Below, one piece after another: positions 21,538 to 32,140 of a DNA stretch of 64,000 nucleotides; the stretch's first letter is position 1, and every line of letters begins with the position of its first letter. The position numbers were made by a program, and so were the translations under genes. The notes below the pieces were generated by a model. That model ran no database searches. It saw only the letters and a list, made by a program, of their open reading frames with translations, and was not told the DNA's origin. This DNA is from Picochlorum sp. SENEW3 (Eukaryota), in NCBI GenBank assembly GCA_034226945.1, contig CP120456.1, positions 434,001 through 498,000 on the forward strand. The letters are read 5' to 3'.

Positions 21538-22879
21538 GAGACTGTGGCCTATGGTATATGTATCATTCTTTTAAACTCGGTTTTAAATAACATGCTATTC
21601 GCGAAGCGCAGTCGAATCTCTGAAAGGATACAGATGACTGGATTGACTTGCAAGTTGACTTTCAGAGTTCTGAGACTTTAAAGTTAGGGGAAGCGCCCTC
21701 TGGCTTGTGATTGCAGCATGAGGCAGCACTGCGTCGTACAATGGATTGGTAGAGGACATGCAATCCATCCAGATCATGCCACAATGCGTGATGATCGCGT
21801 CATTCGATGAGTGCTACGCCCTTGCAATGGGGCCACGCGACCGCACAGGCAACTTTCGCTCAGGGGCTCTAAACCTCCCAGTCAGCCAAACACGTTAAGC
21901 GTAATGAAGTAAATAGAACGATGGGCATCCAGGATCCTCCAAATTTGGAGGAATTATGGCAGGGTGCCTCGATCGAGAACAAATTCGAATACAGTTATGG
22001 TTTTGGCCAGGTTTCTATGCGATCCCTGCATGGAAAGCCTTATCTCCCGGCAGGTCTGGTCGTATTAAAATAGAAGTTTCTATTGAGATGGAGAAAGAGG
22101 CGTAAGGACCCCGCAAGGCCTCACGAAAGCCGAAAAACGTGAATTTAATCGCTTCGCGCACAGGCCTCTATATCATTTCCCGCCCCATTAAGTGTAAGTT
22201 TCGACATATTTTACGTTGTTTCTAATTTTATCGCCTTTTTTTGGCTTTTTTTCTTAACTGTGTTTGATATCACTGCCTGATTGCTTGATATGCGGCATGT
22301 CCATCATGTCCATCTAGCAAAGTGGACACCTTCAAAACTGGACACTATTTTGTCCCTGGCAAGGGACTGTGTGTGTGCAGGCTTATTGGCGGATTCAGAG
22401 TGGCTTTGTCACCAAATGCAGGTTGAAATATATCAAAACTACCAGTCTGGATTGGATTTTATGGTAGAAATGCGCTACCTCGAAGGCTCTCGTGGTTCCA
22501 CACAAGGTGGAACGTACTAGTACCTCGTGCCAGGTGGTTGTTGACAACGTTCTAGAACTGATTGCTCGAGCCATATGGCCAAACATCAAGCTCTTTCGGT
22601 CGAAGAGTCTATTTGACAGACGCCTCTACCCTGCAGCTCAGTCTTGAAGTTCAAACTACCGATCCCACGTATACATCAGTTCGATTTGTTATTTTATTTT
22701 GCAACAAGATATTTTATCAATATGTGTTTAAGAAGAGGAATTCCTCAAGCGTATTGGTGATGGCTCGTTGAAGAATGCAGTTGCAACTGGTTGGTTACTT
22801 GACGCCAATATTTCACACGTTGCTGTATTTCATCTACTGTTGATTGATTATTGGCCAGAATCACAGAAAGTAATCTAAT

Positions 22880-24182
22880 ATGGTGCATATCAAGGCTGTA
22901 GTGGTGGTATCACTGTTTTTCCTTCTCAATGTTGGCCTGTCCCTGCTGAACAGGTGGGCCTTGGGAGTGAAAGGCTTTTCATTTCCTATATTCCTGACCA
23001 TGTTTCAGGCATTGTTCCTGTTCACTTCTATAGTATGTTCTTCTGTATTCATTCCAAAGGTTCGAGGGATGATAGGGACAAGTAGGAGAACAATGGTGAA
23101 GGAATGGAAGGGAGTAGTGTGGGTTGGCATTTGGACCTCTCTCAACGTCGTCCTGAATAACTTTAGTCTAGTCTATATAAGTCTGTCTTTAAATCAGGTC
23201 CTACGGTATGTACATTTTTATCATGTGCGATACTATCATGTGGTGTGGTATACTGATCTCAGTGGCATGTATATGGATGTTGCTGCAGGTCATCAATTCC
23301 TCTTGTGACTGCTGTGGTCTCATCGATACATGGGAGGAAAATGCCGACAAAAGCCGAGGTATTTGGGCTGTTCGTTTTATGTGGGGGTGTAATAATTGCT
23401 ATAGGAGAGGCATCTGCGAACGGAAATGCGTTTGGGGTGATGCTCTGCTTGGCGAGTGTTGTTGCAGGCGCCTATATGCTCACCACCACTGCACATACAT
23501 TGCATGAGAAGATGTCTTCGTTTCAGTTGGCATTTATGACTGCTCCTGTGACGGTGTCGTGTCTTGCACCTCCATTTTTTGTGTTTGAAAGTGGCGTTGT
23601 GGCCGAATACGTGGTTCTAAATCCACACATGACAGCCATGATATTGCTGTCTGGGTCTATTCTTGCATCAGCATACAATGTAGTTCACAATGAATTGGTC
23701 GGTATAGTTGGCCCTGTCACGACGACTGTTTTAGGACAGGTTAAAATTGTTTCACTGATGCTATTGAGTGGTATACTGTTTGGTACGCGTTGATGTAGTA
23801 GTGGTGTCTGAGTTACTATTGTGTACACCAGGTCTTAATGGTTTGTTTCTGTGCAGGGGAAGGAAAAGATTTCTCCCTTAAAATGAGTATCGGTTGCTCC
23901 TCGGCTATATTGGGATTCAGTATATATTCGTGGGCCAAGATTAATCAACAGCTGGATGCCGCCGCGACCCAAAAGGCTGCTGCTGCTGGTAAAAAGTTGT
24001 TCCGTACACCATCTGGTTTGCGGGGCAAGAGGCCTCCTCGTCTGAATGTCGCAGACTCTCCTGAGGCGACATTGCCTGGGGTCACATCCCCGATGGTAAC
24101 TCCTATTCAAGATACGCCTTCTAGATCTACGTCAATGCGTACAAGATCTACGCGAAAGTCAAAGAAGAGTGCATTTGTTTGA
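22880..24182 (+). CDS. Nucleotide-sugar/triose-phosphate translocator (TPT/SLC35) family transporter, 3 exons
   Basis: LNVGLSLLNRW...FSFPIFLT; LNNFSLVYISLSLNQVLR; GPVTTTVLGQVK; multiple TMs. GT-AG introns at about 23206-23288 and 23782-23856. Confidence 0.9.
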
Positions 24183-24205
24183 TCTGTTTCAGAATGATTT
24201 GAACA

Positions 24206-24470
24206 TTTATTTACGTGAAATTTTAGTATCCCGAGTTTGTCGCCGCTCCACTGATCACCATGAACGGAGTGTCAGGTTTTTGTTTTACTGCTTGAAAATT
24301 GCTGACAACATTGCTCTCTCGTGTACCAGCCGCAAATCTCTTCCTTTGTGCCATCTCTTTGGCTACTTGCCTCACGTACTTCTCCTTTGTGTTCTGCCTG
24401 GGTTGAGTTCCATGAAAGAAATGGCAAAAAGCTATGGCATTCTGGGTCAGAGAACGCTGCATTTTATATG
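24206..24470 (-). pseudogene. Diverged duplicate fragment of the SART1 3' end
   Basis: FCHFFHGTQPRQNTKEKYVRQVAKEMAQ...GTRESNVVSNFQAV aligns with SART1 LCHSFHGIQPSQNTKEKRMRQAAKEIAQ...GTRESGIVSNLQAV; both share atttatttacgtgaaa at the stop; indels present. Confidence 0.9.
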
Positions 24471-25163
24471 AGGAGTTGGTCAGATGCTGTAGAATTCTGT
24501 AGATACTACGAGGTCACTAGAAAACCATGCTTGGATTTGAAAGTATCTGCAGGAAACTTCCCTTTCAGACGCTACCCCAAGTAGACAAAGGTACACGAAA
24601 GTAAAGAATGATAGATCAGAAAACAACGATGTTAAAGCAACTGTGCAGCACAATTTATTTGAATTGGACTGCCAAAGACTACAAGTCTAGCAGCAAATCA
24701 ACTGTTCAATCACAGAAAAAAATGAGACGTTTGTCTCTCTAATCATATCCGAAGTGACACAACAGCATGCAAGCCAAAAATACCAAGAAATGCAGTGCTA
24801 TGCTCTTTTTGTGTCTAATCTATAGATGGCCAGTCCTATCACTGACACATTCCCCCATGAAACAGTTACTGCTGTTTCAGAGCATCTCATCGGTCTATAA
24901 GGAGAGAAACACATTCCCAATCTTCCCTCAAATATCTCATAGCATCAAACAAAGCAGTAGTCTACACCGAGAGACTTCGGACGAATGAGGATGATTTGAG
25001 CCTTGTGCATCATATTTTCAAACACACATTGGTCCCTTCATCCCCACGTCAAAGAGACCATGCAGCTGGACTGCAGTCCAAGAGCAGCCAAGAAGAACTG
25101 ATTGGACCTAGTTTTAAACAAGAGATCATGCACGATCCTTGCCTGATGTACTAGAATGTACTC

Positions 25164-26585
25164 TTAAAAATTCTTCTGGGTTTGACTCTGTTCACGGTGG
25201 CGAGCATATTCTGCGAGTACTGCTTGTAGTCTTTCTAGCCGTTCATGTTTTGTCTCTTCTTCTGTTTCGATTTCATCTTGGATTCTTTCCTCTTTCCCCC
25301 CTTCTGCAACATCCTCTTCCTTATCTTCTCTTACTTGACCTTGCTTCTTCTCTTCTTCCTGCTCTAATGTCTGCACATTTACTTTCTCTTGCATCACTTC
25401 CTGTAAGTTCTGAATATCGTCTAGAGCCTTGTCTGATAATTTGTCAAGTTGAACGTCAAGAATGCTGGCGAGAGGAATGTCATCTTCCCCGTGTGCATTC
25501 TCTTCGTCTGGCTGTTTGGGAGGCTTTTCTGGGACTTTGATCCGATGGTACCCAAACGCCTTCTCGAAATCATCAATCATATTCTCATTCACAGCATGAA
25601 TCATATTTTCTTCATGCTCTGAGAAAGATCTCTTGAAATACGTGATACCATCAACAAGCTTGGATAGCTGAAATCCACTCTCTCCACGAGCCACATGGCC
25701 ACTGTAATCACTTTTTGTGCGCACAACGCCCTCTTTCAGAGGCCATCCTGTCATTGTCGCTATCCTCCACACATAATGCTCTTGTTGGATCGGCAGCACA
25801 TTATTCTCACTGTGGACCATCATAATGCAGTCCGTGAGTTCTGCTGCTTTCTCAAGATAGTTGCAGTATTTCTCCTTCCTCATCACCATGAGATTCTCGA
25901 AATGATATCGCCCAACATGGTCTCCTTTATGCCATTCTGTACCAACAAAAGCACTTGCATTGCCTCTGTTCTTCTCCTGAGGCCCACAGTGATAACACTC
26001 CTTCAACATACTCTTTGTGTAATCATAGGGGTTTTTAATGGAAATTATTGACAGTCCCTTCTCATACCTTCCATGTTCCTGTATGTTATGCTTATGCTTA
26101 TTGATACCAAAATCAGTCGGCCATTTTAATGTAGCCTGGCGAGTCTTGTTGAACACCAACTCGAAATTCCTGACTGCCAAATGTGCTGCGAGGTTGGTAG
26201 CACTGTGGCGTTCACCCAACATGTGTATCGTTGGCAAAATACCCATCTGCGTCTGATTCGTCGCCTTGTTCAGAATAGGATACACCTTGTTGCGACACGT
26301 TGTGAACATGTCCTCAGGAATGTTGAGATTGCAAGCAGCATTTATAGCACTCAGGTCAAACATTGGTTGAAACACATACTCCTCAGTTATCCTTGCCCCT
26401 TCTTTGACGCGAGATTCATGAAGGGGACTCAAAATTACGTATTTATTTCCACTATTTGCTCCCAAAACTAGACAAATAAGTGTGGAAAGCAACAGAAAGC
26501 TCAGAGTCAACGTGCGAGCAAGGCCGCTCCAAACACGCGTGCCAACTTGCCCACGTCTGGCTTTCTTGAGGGGCATTAACTCCAT
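25164..26585 (-). CDS. Type II membrane sulfotransferase-like protein (GERxSxTN type) with acidic coiled-coil tail
   Basis: N-terminal TM; IHMLGERHSATN (5'-PSB-like), KHKH, IISIKNPYDYTKSM (3'-PB-like). Confidence 0.65.
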   Translation of the reverse strand: MELMPLKKARRGQVGTRVWSGLARTLTLSFLLLSTLICLVLGANSGNKYVILSPLHESRVKEGARITEEYVFQPMFDLSAINAACNLNIPEDMFTTCRNKVYPILNKATNQTQMGILPTIHMLGERHSATNLAAHLAVRNFELVFNKTRQATLKWPTDFGINKHKHNIQEHGRYEKGLSIISIKNPYDYTKSMLKECYHCGPQEKNRGNASAFVGTEWHKGDHVGRYHFENLMVMRKEKYCNYLEKAAELTDCIMMVHSENNVLPIQQEHYVWRIATMTGWPLKEGVVRTKSDYSGHVARGESGFQLSKLVDGITYFKRSFSEHEENMIHAVNENMIDDFEKAFGYHRIKVPEKPPKQPDEENAHGEDDIPLASILDVQLDKLSDKALDDIQNLQEVMQEKVNVQTLEQEEEKKQGQVREDKEEDVAEGGKEERIQDEIETEEETKHERLERLQAVLAEYARHREQSQTQKNF

Positions 26586-27053
26586 TAAATGAACTCACAT
26601 TATATGCATAATTCGCCCAAGATGGGTGAAGTATAGGCACATTGACGATGAAATTGCCTGCGTTGACTCAATTTGGCAGGGCCTGTATACGTGGCAGCTG
26701 CCTGTTCACATACACACCTAAAGTAACAAATCTCACCCTATAATTGACGGCAAATCCTGCACACATAGTATTGGTATTTTGTACATTGCAGAAACAGCAG
26801 TATGAAGAAGGATGAGCCCGCCACGATTTTGAATTCTGCCCAAAGTAGATACTGTGCGATCTATCAAACATCAAATGCGACCGGCTGTAAACGTTTACTA
26901 CGTTAACGCAGGCTTGGACTCGAGAAAAAACGATCGCGGCGACCCTGGTCAAAAAAGGGATTACTATGAGCAGTGCTCGAGTCTAATACAATTATCAAGG
27001 AACATAGTGATTGGTGAATACAGAGAAATATTCAATTCGTGTTTGCTGGAACG

Positions 27054-28191
27054 ATGCAAGGAACTGATATCCTGAAAGGCCACAAGACAACTCAGCTGAG
27101 TCAATCAGTATTGCTGTCCTTGGCGGGAGTGGTCATCTTTCTTGTAGGAGTATGTAGCAGAGAGTTGATATCTATGGGTGTTCCCAACAACTTGAAGATT
27201 CAAATGCAGACGTATGGGGGGTCGAAAAGCTCGATGTACTTTGTCGAGAAACCTGGCACCACGAAAACGTGTGAAAGCCAAGACAGGAATGGGCCTGACA
27301 AGGATACCAGGTATCTAAAATTCATGTTGGCCAGTCTACCTCGATCTGGGAACACGTTTTCAAGGCTTCTTCTGGAGAATATGACCGGGATTCATACAGA
27401 GGTTTCGAAAAATTCGGGAAACAGGTTGCAGGACTCCAGGACTGGAAAGTACTATCCAGCATCAAAGGACTGTGCACGAGATAAAATGTCAGGAGAGGCT
27501 CAGGAGTGCCGACCAAGCTCGGGTGACGACCTTGTGATCATCAAAACTCATTTTCCTGATATTGCTCCAGAGATTAATGAGTCGGAAGGGTGTATTAGTG
27601 GGGTGATTCTGATAGTCCGTCACCCAGTGGACCAGTTTCTTGCGCGGGCTGCTGTTGCAGGGACCCCAAACACTGTGTCTCGAGTGAAGGAGATGAATTT
27701 CTTTGTTGCAAAGAGTAAATACAAATTTCCCACATTTCTTAACGACTGGGAAAAGTTTCAGAATTTCTGGCATGCATATGCTAGTGTTCACAATGTTCCA
27801 TTATTGGCCTACAGGTAAGCATGTGGGTGCATGTATTCATTCATTTTCATTCAATCTCAATCTCTGTATGATGGAGTATCCAAGCATGCCCTGAATAAGG
27901 AATGAATTTCTGTATTATTGTACATGCAGATATGAAGACCTCTGTCAAGATCCTCAAGGAATTATGAGAAGAGTTGCTGCCTTTATAGGAGTTGAATTCA
28001 AAAATGTCAGATCCTCCAATGGAGTGTTCAATTCTTGCTTTCTACGGAACCCTCATATTATGTCAAAGTCAGCTGGACTTCTCACTCAGGCAGAACTAGA
28101 TCTATTGAAGACTCGTCCTTTGCCCATCATGGACAGATTTGGGTACCGCAGGGACATATCATTGAGCACTGATTTTGAGACTGGCTTATGA
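27054..28191 (+). CDS. Type II membrane sulfotransferase (WSCD-like), 2 exons
   Basis: TM; LASLPRSGNTFSRLLLE, IKTHFP, ILIVRHPVD, YR|YEDL across intron 27815-27929. Confidence 0.85.
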
Positions 28192-28294
28192 GAGTATTCT
28201 TACATTTAATGTATAGAAAAACATGTGTGTGGTGCATCAACAGTGCATTTGTGTCTATTTCGTTCCTACAATCAAGAGCAGAGCTCGCTACTGA

Positions 28295-29518
28295 TCACCA
28301 GTAGGGTGTTGTCCCACCATCTTGGTACGTATCAATACCAGGATCACCTCGAGAACCACTTTGAACCCATTCCAAATCATTCATTCCATACACAAGGGTT
28401 CCTTGATTTTCGAATCTCTGCAATATACTCAGGAGATTATCATTGTGATGCCTGTAAAATCCTTGCAGAAATTCCTGGCAGGTGACTGAGACTGTAGGTT
28501 TTGGATTCTTAGATTTCCGGTCTTTGTTTCTTTGCAAGATTTCCACCTGCTTCCCTGAGAAAGAGAAATCCGGATGATCAACCAGAAACGAAACTATCTT
28601 TTCAAATGCTGGAACTCTGTCCCACAGCATCTCCGACCCAACAATCATGACATTTTTTGGATCCACAAAATTGAAAAAGTTTAGCAGTGCATATCGATAC
28701 AGCCCAGCAGAAAATACAACCCATTTCCCTCTCTTAAATACATTATATACCTGTGTGTATGTATCCTTGTGTATGTGGCCATTCGAAGCCTCCTCATGTG
28801 CCTTGGAAAAAATCTCCTCTGCTTCTTCAACTTTGAGTTTGAATGCCATGCAAAATTCATTGAAATCCGATTCGCTTGTCAGAAACTTTCCTGTTCTTCT
28901 CCAATATGCATAATGCGATAGCGCCCTTTCATACGGATCGCGAAGAAGCAGAATGATTTTGGAATCTTTTGAATATTTGGCAATGCGCTCTGGAGCACTT
29001 GGAGACATGAAATATGATGGGGTTCCATCAATAGTGTACACACCTGCCCCTGATTGGTGACCATTTAGAAGCGACATTTGATAGTCATGCCACGAATCCT
29101 CTGGTCTATTGAAAACCCCTGGCTCTTTCTGTTTCCCTCGTACTATACCCAAGCCTAGGTCTGGCAATTTATGAAATAGATCTGTCGTCCCACCCTTGGG
29201 CACCCCTGCAATGATGATTGAAGGGTACGTATCAACCTTCATTGCACTGGATGGAGAGTGATATCCATTCGGCCTAACTACAGGGCGTATGGGATTAGTA
29301 GCCCGTGGTCCATGATCAAGTACTCCAACCTTGTGGACCAGTTTGACAACGAACTCTGTTTTCTCGGGGAAATCCCCATCCGCAGCTTTAAAATACCATA
29401 CTATCAATGTAATTACTAATGATGAGGTAATGAAAGCAAGACATCGTGCATGTGATGACACGTGGCTCAAAAAAGCAGTTGTTCCCGCGCCTTTGACTGG
29501 GCTAGACGAAGACTTCAT
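28295..29518 (-). CDS. Type II membrane sulfotransferase (heparan-sulfate 3-O/N-sulfotransferase-like fold)
   Basis: TM; IIIAGVPKGGTTDL, KEPGVF, DGTPSY, KIILLLRDPYERALSHY, LQGFYRHHN. Confidence 0.88.
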   Translation of the reverse strand: MKSSSSPVKGAGTTAFLSHVSSHARCLAFITSSLVITLIVWYFKAADGDFPEKTEFVVKLVHKVGVLDHGPRATNPIRPVVRPNGYHSPSSAMKVDTYPSIIIAGVPKGGTTDLFHKLPDLGLGIVRGKQKEPGVFNRPEDSWHDYQMSLLNGHQSGAGVYTIDGTPSYFMSPSAPERIAKYSKDSKIILLLRDPYERALSHYAYWRRTGKFLTSESDFNEFCMAFKLKVEEAEEIFSKAHEEASNGHIHKDTYTQVYNVFKRGKWVVFSAGLYRYALLNFFNFVDPKNVMIVGSEMLWDRVPAFEKIVSFLVDHPDFSFSGKQVEILQRNKDRKSKNPKPTVSVTCQEFLQGFYRHHNDNLLSILQRFENQGTLVYGMNDLEWVQSGSRGDPGIDTYQDGGTTPYW

Positions 29519-29837
29519 TCATGAATTGTCCAATTGCGAATTCCGTTTCAATTTGTGCAACAAATTATAATATTACTGCATTTATACCAGAAAAGGAGGC
29601 GGAAGATTGCGTATTACCGTCATGCATCTCTGGTTCATCATGATTACCATGGTAATCATGACTGGCCAGTCCAGGCGGTCAACGATTTGCAAATTGTTGT
29701 AGGTTCCCATCCATGTCAACCACACGAATGGATGGCTCATCTTTTGGTGAGCCCTTCGGTTGGACGATAGTAGGCTGTCTTGTACATGGGGCACATAGAG
29801 TGTGTTTCTGTGATCTGTTACACATGGAATTGACTAT

Positions 29838-31911
29838 TTATTTACGTGAAATCCCAGCATCTCGAGTTTGTCCTGGCTTCACTGTCCCACTGAGTACCAT
29901 GAATGGCGTGGCGGATTTCTCTTGCACGGCTTGAAGATTGCTGACGATACCGCTCTCTCGTGTACCAGTCGCAGCTCTCTTTTGTGCAATCTCCTTGGCT
30001 GCTTGTCTCATGCGCTTCTCCTTTGTGTTCTGACTCGGCTGAATTCCATGGAAGGAATGACACAGATTCCTGAAAGCTTCTTTTGGAGTCAAGATGCGTC
30101 CATATTCGTCCTTTCGTGTCAGAGCAACCTCAACATTGGCAGCGATTTCATCCTCTGTCCGTCCACCACTGTACACATCCTGGTATCCCCCCATGGCCTT
30201 TGTGAAGAATGGGTCTCTAGAATCATTCGTCCGACCGGCCCACTCGACGGGCTTGTGCAATTCACCTCTTTCTTTAAGGTACGATAATGCACTGCCGAGT
30301 CCGACGCCAATGGTCTTGTCCACTGTGATGGCCCCCTCTGCATCCTCTGTCTTAACTGCTGCTGTATCCATAGGGGCTTCATCATCTTCCATTTTATGGA
30401 TTCTATACCTACCTTTTCGATGCTCTTTGGCATCCTCCTTGTCTTCTACTTTTACTGCGTCGTGAGTGTCCATATCATCCCATGTAGTACCTTCCTGGGG
30501 CTCTTCCTTTATCTTGTTCGCCTCATCCTGCAGTGCAACAGACCTTGCAAACTCCCCAATATTTGTAAATGTTAGTCCAGTATCTTGATTCGCTGTTTCT
30601 CGTGCAGCGGCTTCCATTTGCTGACGTCTTCGTATAGCAGTTTGGGCGACATCATCAACGGATGTTAGACTTTGCTCCCTGCTCTTCTTGAGAGCAAAGT
30701 CCCTTGCTCTGGCCAACGAGGCTGCCAATTCTTCATCCTCACCATCATCCTCACCTGCCTCAAAATCAGGATTATCCTTTCTAAGATTCGAACTTGCTAT
30801 ATTTGCTTTTGCTAATGCTGCATCGAATTTTGATCGCTTTTCAGCAGCCTCCTTGGCCTCAGCTTCCATTGACTTTTTCAATCGCTCCTGCCTTTCTTCC
30901 CTGGTCGCTAGATGGCCATTCTCGCCATTCTCTTCCCGAGCAGCCTTTTCCAACTCCTCCAATTCATCTGCCGTCAACGCCTTTTTCTTCAACTTTCGCT
31001 CCTTTCTCTTTTTCTTTGGTTTCTTCGTCTTTTGCAGCTCTTCTGCAGTATAATAATCACCACCAATATTCTTCAGAGGAGGAGCCAGCAAGGATTCTTG
31101 TGCTGCTGCTAATTTACTCTTCATATCCTCTCCTGTTCTAGATGTCGGCGCACCATCAATCCCACGAGCATCACCCAACACAAATGCTTCTTCCTCCTCT
31201 TCATCATACTTGTCCAGCATGGATCTTTTGACTCCATCTTCCTCCCACAAGGGCTTTGCCTTTGTGGATGCCCTAATCGCTCGCTCCCGCTCCATGTTCT
31301 CTCTCTCCCGCACATTTTCTAGCACCAACTCATCCTCATTCTCCACATCAGTCCCTGCCTCATTCAAAATACCCCTATCAGCCAACGTTAGAATCATCTC
31401 TCCCTCCTCATCCAATGCCTCCAACGAGTGCCCCTTCACTTTTGCATCCTTCAAATCCAGATTAGATTCATCCTCATTCATTGACAGCGCAGCATCACCC
31501 CGAGGCCTTTTCTTCGCACGTGACTCAACAGAAGGCTTTGCTGCCCGCGTCTTTTCAACCCACTGCATCACATCATCGACATCGTCACCTTCTTCCCCCA
31601 GCGTCTTCTCTTTCAGCATTCGACCACGTCGTGCCTCTGAAACTCGATGCCGTAAATCCTTAGCCGCACCCGAGCCTTTCTCTTCCACAACCTGTTGTCT
31701 GGTCTCCTTCTTCTTTGCTGCAGGTGCCTCCTCCACCCGCAACGGCGCAAGCCCCAACGACGCACGCAACCTGTACAATATCAATATATACTGTAATTCA
31801 AGACAGTCTCCGCTGCTGTATCCGAGTACACACAACGTACCTATTCGTTTCTTCAATGGACAACTCGTCCTGTTCAAAGGACGACCTATCGTCCTTTTTA
31901 TTCCGACCCAT
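29838..31911 (-). CDS. SART1: U4/U6.U5 tri-snRNP protein SART-1/Snu66, 2 exons
   Basis: HIND motif LSIEETNR|LRASLGLAPL across intron 31771-31840; ILTLADRGIL; DEYGRILTPKEAFRNLCHSFHG. Confidence 0.95.
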
Positions 31912-32140
31912 ATGAATCAAAAGATTTTTAATGTATTAAAAATTGAATTTCATGAGCCATGCAGTGAATGTGTAGGAGAATGCATGCCTGTACTCCGTAA
32001 ATAGAACATTGCATATTTTTGCCAGCATGCGCACCCTTGACTCCTGGATGAAACACCCATGCATGGGAGTTCTGTGGACACATTATTATTCTATATACCT
32101 ATAATAGTGCTCTGAGAGACTTTATTTCGGAGCAGTGAGT

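Larger units (their letters stand above)
15894..22267 (-). mobile_element. Helitron rolling-circle transposon, apparently autonomous
   Basis: RepHel ORF; 3' end on the minus strand reads GTGGC-GTA-GCCAC hairpin, GGGCAAAAAGTA, CTAG, then T. The 5' boundary (A|TC at 22267) is only a candidate. Confidence 0.85.

Noticed and set aside
22090..22145. Hammerhead-like ribozyme
   Set aside because: GAAA is present but no correctly placed CUGANGA core was found.
22281..22771. Short ORFs upstream of the Helitron as the missing 5' part of the helicase or as captured exons
   Set aside because: No recognisable motifs and no in-frame join could be reconstructed.
13733..22800. Fanzor/TnpB nuclease or guide RNA associated with the Helitron
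   Set aside because: No RuvC-like motifs or C-terminal Zn finger in the listed ORFs; the partner ORF is an SF2 helicase.
24206..24470. SART1 fragment as Helitron-captured cargo
   Set aside because: An intact spliced host gene lies between it and the Helitron, and the source gene is only 5.6 kb away; local duplication is simpler.
30094..32004. Plus-strand ORFs of 115-264 aa over SART1
   Set aside because: Antisense shadows of a Glu/Lys-rich CDS.
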